A program made the position numbers and the translations under genes. The notes below the pieces were generated by a model. It saw only the letters and a list, made by a program, of their open reading frames with translations. It had not been told where the DNA came from and ran no database searches. This document shows positions 50,372 through 55,777 of a stretch of DNA of 55,777 nucleotides, one piece after another (the stretch's first letter is position 1; each line of letters opens with the position of its first letter). The DNA lies in NCBI RefSeq assembly GCF_004010195.1, contig NC_057718.1, positions 85,557,625 through 85,613,401 of the forward strand. The letters are read 5' to 3'. Source of the stretch: Chiloscyllium plagiosum (lineage: Eukaryota).

Positions 50372-51363
50372 TTGTTTCAAAAATTCTCAATTGTTTTAAA
50401 TAGAAGATCCCCTTATAAGCTATGTTCCTTGGTCTGGTTTTCTCTCACGACGGACAATATCCTTTCAGCAGCCATCCTATCGATTTTCCTCAGGATCTCA
50501 TTCTTCTAAACTGTAATGGATATAGGCCCAACCTTCCCTTGCCTACCTGAATATAACCTTTGACTTCCACTTAAAAAAATATTCAATAATCCTGCGTCCC
50601 GCTGCTTTTTGAGGAAGATCATTCCGGAAAATAAAATCCTTAGGGAAAAAAAAACTCATCTCCAACTTAAATAGGAGATCCCTTCCTTTTAAACTGTGTT
50701 CTCGATTTTAAGCTTTTTCATAAGGGAAGCATCCTTCCAGTACACACTCTGTCATGAGCCTCAGGATGATGTGCTTCCCCTCATTCTTCCAAACTATAAC
50801 AGATATAAGCAAACTGATGTCTGTAAACCTGGCTGCACACTTTCATTCAGGGGAAAAAAAAGACCTGGAGTGGGGTTAGGTCATTTGGCCCATCAAACAT
50901 GCTCCACTTGCCTGCCTACCCTTGATACTCTTTGAATCCCTAGAGAATCAAAAAATATGTATCTCTATCTTAAAGACATTCAGTGACTCTGCCTACACTC
51001 TGGAGAAGAGAGTTCCGCAATATTCCATGAGAAAGAAAACAAAATTCTCAAAAAAAAACTGCAGATGCTGGAAATTAGAAACGAAACCAAAAGAGAAATT
51101 GCTGGAAAAACCTCAGCAGGTCTGGCAGCATCTGTGGAGAGAAATCAGTTAATGTTTCAGGTCCAGTGCACCTTCAGCAATTTTGGTTTTGATTTTGTTT
51201 CAAAAATTCTCAATTGTTTTAAATAGAAGATCCCCCTTATAAGCTATGTTCCTTGGTCTGGTTTTCTCTCACGACGGACAATATCCTTTCAGCAGCCATC
51301 CTATCGATTTTCCTCAGGATCTCATTCTTCTAAACTGTAATGGATATAGGCCCAACCTTCCCT
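50372..51363 (+). repeat. Near-perfect 168/169-bp direct repeat pair (50372-50539 and 51195-51363)
   Basis: The copies are identical except for one extra C in a C-run, and both lie within decayed CR1 3' ends. Confidence 0.92.
51052..51202 (-). mobile_element. PLE-end fragment with a short inverted tail and 11-bp TSD
   Basis: AAAATTCTCAA at 51041-51051 and 51203-51213; hammerhead truncated within stem II. Confidence 0.7.
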
Positions 51364-51436
51364 CGTAAGATAACCAGTTCCATGGACAAAAGGGGCTAAC
51401 TAAACTTTTTTGTTGAGCTGCTTTGAATGCGATTTT

Positions 51437-51466
51437 ATATGTGTGTGTGTGTGTATATATATATAC
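51437..51466. repeat. (TG)n(TA)n microsatellite
   Basis: atatgtgtgtgtgtgtgtatatatatatac. Confidence 0.85.
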
Positions 51467-53093
51467 ATGAGACTGAATGTGGTTTCACCAATGCCCTGTA
51501 CAGCTAACAAAACGCTCTTACTTTGATTTCACATTCCTCTTTATAAGTGACAGTATTCCATTTACCTTTCTAATCTATTGCTGTAACTGTATACTAACGT
51601 CTTGCAATTCATGTACCAGGTCCCTCTGTACCTCAGTTTTGTGATCTCTGTCCATTTTGATAAATGCTGCTGTTCAATTCTTCCTCAAAGTGGATAGTTT
51701 CATTTTTTTTCACACTGAACTCCATCTACTAACTTTTTACCCGCTTAACTTACTTATATCCCTTTTCAGATTCTTCATGTCCTCTTCACAACTAAGGTTC
51801 AGCAATTTTAGCAGCTGTAGTTTCAATTCTTCATGTGAGTAATTGACAGATTTCTAGCTTTTGAGGCTCCAACACTGTTCCATGTGCTCCAGTTACATGT
51901 TGCCAGCTCAAAGAAAAGCCTCTTTACACTCTCACTCTGTTTCCTGTTACCTAACCTATCCTCTAACCGTACTAATAATATCTCCTATACCATGGGTTCT
52001 CATATTGTGTAATAATATTTTATGTAAAATATCGTCAACTGCCTTCCTGAATTTTACATACAACACAAGTACTTCCTGTAAACATTTTAATTAATTTATC
52101 AAACACACATTTTCCCCTCCAGAATCACGCTAACTCTGCCCAATTGCAGTGAAATTTTCTAAAGTGCCCAGGCATAGTCTCCTTAATAATAGCTTCCAGC
52201 ATTTTTCCTGTGAAAGATGTCAAGTTGTAATGGTTTCCCACTTTCTGCCATGCTCCTTTCTTGAATAGTGGAAAATAGTATTTGATGGAACTTTCTTAGC
52301 ATCTAGGGAATTTTGAAAAATTAAAAGCAATGTACCTATTACGTCAGTACCCATTTCTAGAAGACTCTTGAACGCTATCTATCAGGACCTATGTACTTGA
52401 CTTCCAGTTCTAATAATTTTCTCAGCCCAATCTTTGTCATTGTTTTAAGTCCACAAGATCTCAGAATTGTTACAGTGCAGAAGGAAGCCATTCAGCTCCT
52501 TATATCTGCACCAGCAGTCTAAGAAGCACTAGGATCTAATGCAGTTCTCCTACATTTTCCCCATACTCTAGCACATTATTTCTATTCAACTATTGAACCT
52601 GCCTCCACCATATTGCCAAGCAGTGCATTCCAGACCCAACCATTCATGTGAAAAAGTTTTTGTTTAAAATATTACATTTACTTCATTTACAAATCACTTT
52701 AAATCTGTGCCTTCTCATTCTCTCTCCCTAAGTATCTGGATTTCTGATGATTTTGAGAAATTTTCATAGCCTCCTCCTCACCAGGGTCCCAATCTCTCCA
52801 ATCTATCCTCATAACTGAAATGTCTCATGCCTGAAAACATTTGTGCAAATATCTCCAATGCAATGACATCGTTCCTATGTGACACACAGAACTGTACACA
52901 ATATTGCAGCAGAGTCTAGTGAGTATCTTGTACCAGTGCAGTGTAAACTCCTTGCTCTTTTACTCCATGCCGCTGTTAGCCCAATTCAGGATACTGTATG
53001 CTTTGTTGATTGAGCCCCACTCGTCCTGCCACTTTCAGTGATCTACACACATATGCACCCAGACTAATGCTCCTGCACACCCACCTCCTAAAT

Positions 53094-53359
53094 ATTAGAT
53101 TAGATTACTTACAGTGTGGAAACAGGCCCTTCGGCCCAACAAGTCCACACTGACCCATTCCCCTACATCTAGTATTACGGGCAGCCTAGCGTGGCCAATT
53201 CACCTAACCTGCACATTTTTGGATTGTAGGAGGAAACCGGAGCACCCGGAGGAAACCCACGCAGACAATGTGCAAACTCCACACAGAGTCGCCTGAGGTG
53301 GGAATTGAACCCGGGTCTCTGGCGCTGTGAGGCAGCAGTGCTAGAAACCGTGCCACCCC
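53094..53359 (-). mobile_element. HE1-like V-SINE (with internal deletions)
   Basis: Reverse complement of the 18529-18838 family; (TCTAA)n tail. Confidence 0.9.
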
Positions 53360-54131
53360 AGGATATTGTATCCTGAAATGGAAAATCTTCAACCCTTTGA
53401 TTCCTCAACGATCAAACAAGACTTTGGTTTCTTTGTCTAAATGCTATTCATGTATGCATGGGAGGTGTACCCATCAAAGATGGTGCACAACTGATTAGCT
53501 ACAAAACAATGGTTTTATACTATATTTTACAGGTAACAGTTTTCCAACAAAAGAAGTTACACGTTCTTGTCTCTGTCCGACGGTGTTCATTCCAACTTAT
53601 CTTGCTAGTACACGTGATTATATTATTATGTTCAAATTTATACATGATTATTTTATCCAATCAAATCCAAATGTTCATGAGTACATCATTCTAATAAAAT
53701 CATTACATGTTCATGTCTATTGACTGTAAGTATGCACTTTGATTATAAAATTTTTATTGTCTTTTACCCCCCCTTTATTTATACTGTCCATCTAATTTCT
53801 TCCTACTAAAATGCATCCCTTCACATTTCTTTGCATTAAACCTCATCTGCCACCTATCCACTCACTGCATTGACCTGTCCATGTCTTTTTGAAGTTCCAC
53901 AAGGGTTCACAGTGCTTCAAAGTTTTGCATCATCTGCAAACTTTTAAATTGACCCCTGCACACTAGGATCTAGTCACTTTTTAAAAGGTTTTCATTTTGA
54001 GTTGTAGCAAAGAGGGGTTGGTACAGGGCTAAGAGTCCATAGAAGGTGGAGCAAATACATTCTCCCAAACAGTTTAAGAAAGACTGGGTTCTTGCAAGTA
54101 CAGTATTGTAATCATTTAATAATCTAACACT

Positions 54132-54468
54132 GGGTACCACAGTGGCTCAGTGGTTAGAATTTCTGGCTCACAGCACTAGGGACCCTGGTTCATTCCCACC
54201 CTCGAGCGACTTTCTGTGTGGTGTTTGCTCATTCTCCCCATGTCTGTGTGGGTTTCCTCCAGGTGCTCTGGTTTCCTCCCACAATCCAAAGATGTGCAGG
54301 CTAGGTGAATTGGCCATGCTCAATTGCCATAATGTTCAGGGGTGTGTAGGTTAGATGCATTAGTCAGGGTAAATGTAGGGGAATGAGTCTGGTTGGGATA
54401 CTCTTCAGAGGGTCGGTATGGATTTGTTGGGCCAAAGGACTTGTTTTCACACTGTAGGGATTCTACGA
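54132..54468 (+). mobile_element. HE1-like V-SINE, older subfamily
   Basis: gtggctcagtggttag...ctgtgtggtgtttgctcattctccccatgtctgtgtgggtttcctcc...cactgtagggattcta. Confidence 0.88.
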
Positions 54469-54899
54469 TCTCTGCTTCAGTAACACAAAGCTTGATTTAC
54501 TGCTTAATGAGTCTACAGCCAATCAGCCTTTAATTAAATCTATTCTGTTATAATAGTAAAATATACAATCAGCAGATTGGATATGCATGTATTTGTTCAG
54601 AGGAAGCAATATCTCACTTCTTGGACAAAAATGAGAAAAACTCTTGAAAGGCCCAAGCTATTAGCTCTTGAGGAGAGAACATTCAACAAGAACAATCAAT
54701 CCCAGCTTTCATAACAAAGTAAGGAGTTACATTTTCAGTTAGTACACCCAAAATTGATGCACACCTATTGAAGTGTAGCCACTTTCACAATAAAGCAACA
54801 GTTAAATGGGGTGTTACAAGGTTAGTGATGTTGACTGAAAGATTAATATGCTCAGATTTTACAGACAGTTCCAGTTTTCTCCAGAATAGCTTTGTTGAC

Positions 54900-55609
54900 T
54901 GTTATGACACCGGGTAAATCCTCCTGCTTAATTTAAAACCAGCAACACAGAAAAGCTTTATCCTGTCCAATAATCTGTAAAACTTTGAGTGGCTAAGAAC
55001 TATTTAAAGTAAAAATTAACAACTTCATCTCTTAAAGAATAACAGAGAATAATTAACTCACAACTATTTACACCTCCTTTCTCTAATCTATCTTTACTTT
55101 CCCTTCTATAATACTAGACTGATAAAACTCCCAATTACGATTTACAAGAAAATTCAAATTTTAAAACCATGCAGCGGTCGAATCTTCTCTTTATCTTCAT
55201 CGGTAGATTGGCTCTCTAGGTCTGTGTGGAGGTTTTTCTCTGTGCGAACTTCTTTTCGAGATAGGAACCTCTCAGAGAGTTCTGACTAGCAGTCTACTGC
55301 TGTTGGTCTGGTGGCAGTTCTCCTCCTAAATGTTCAATTTTCCCTGGTCTTATACCCCAAAGCATCGGATTGTGTCATTGGCTTTTAAGATTGTCAATAT
55401 ACTCAATTCAAACTTGATTGGAATTTGGTATGTTTCAGGGTATAATTTAAACCGATTGGCCTAATTTGAATCTGTTTTGTCATTTCCAGGCAACCAGCTG
55501 CCCCAGTAGCTGGAGCACATGTTATATTGTGTCTTATTGAGAACACTAGGTGTTGTCACTGCTAGCTTTTACTCTTTTAAAGGCATATTACACCCATATC
55601 TTCACAACA
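54900..55609. mobile_element. Solo LTR (710 bp) with perfect 4-bp TSD
   Basis: TGTTATGA...TCACAACA inverted termini (7/8); TGAC at 54896-54899 and 55610-55613. Confidence 0.82.
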
Positions 55610-55650
55610 TGACTCTTCTCCATGCACTGAAAAGGACAGAGAAGCCTCAT

Positions 55651-55777
55651 TCTGGATTAGTGGTGCTGGAAGAGCACAGCAGTTCAGGCAGCATCCAAGG
55701 TCCAGCAAAATCGATGTTTCGGGCAAAAGCCCTTCATCAGGAATAAAGGCAGTGAGCCTGGAGTGTGGAGAGATAAG
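55651..55777 (-). mobile_element. PLE 3' end with hammerhead motif (55708-55744), runs off the right edge
   Basis: RNA: AUUC-CUGAUGA-A-GGGC-UUUU-GCCC-GAAA-CA-UC^GAUUUUGCUG...CCACUAAUCCAGA. Confidence 0.8.

Noticed and set aside
46200..55777. A second host gene downstream of APMAP
   Set aside because: I found no exon-like segment with recognisable protein similarity. The short ORFs map to AT-rich sequence or repeat remnants, although a small isolated exon cannot be excluded by eye.

Overview
Eukaryotic genomic DNA from a cartilaginous fish (shark-type HE1/V-SINEs, CR1-type LINEs, Deu-domain SINEs); it is not prokaryotic. The window holds one complete protein-coding gene, APMAP (adipocyte plasma membrane-associated protein). 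It has 9 exons on the + strand (CDS 4632-45724, 1248 nt, 415 aa), a CpG-island promoter and two AATAAA signals. The rest is mostly mobile-element debris: a Tx1-clade L1 fragment, many CR1/L2-type fragments, SINEs, solo LTRs, a decayed Gmr1-type Gypsy element (integrase before RT) hosting three further insertions, two pogo/Tigger-like DNA transposons, and several Penelope-like element (PLE) fragments. The most interesting signal is a set of about 11 minimal hammerhead-ribozyme motifs from at least four PLE-end families. These include a 200-bp palindromic cassette with a 12-bp target-site duplication (TSD), a 57-bp TSD-flanked micro-insertion starting at the predicted ribozyme cleavage site, and a core-intact sense-strand hammerhead in APMAP intron 3. 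A degenerate ~30-bp tandem array directly upstream of the promoter has been split by nested insertions. Repeat boundaries without a TSD are approximate, and all family names come from motif recognition, not database searches.
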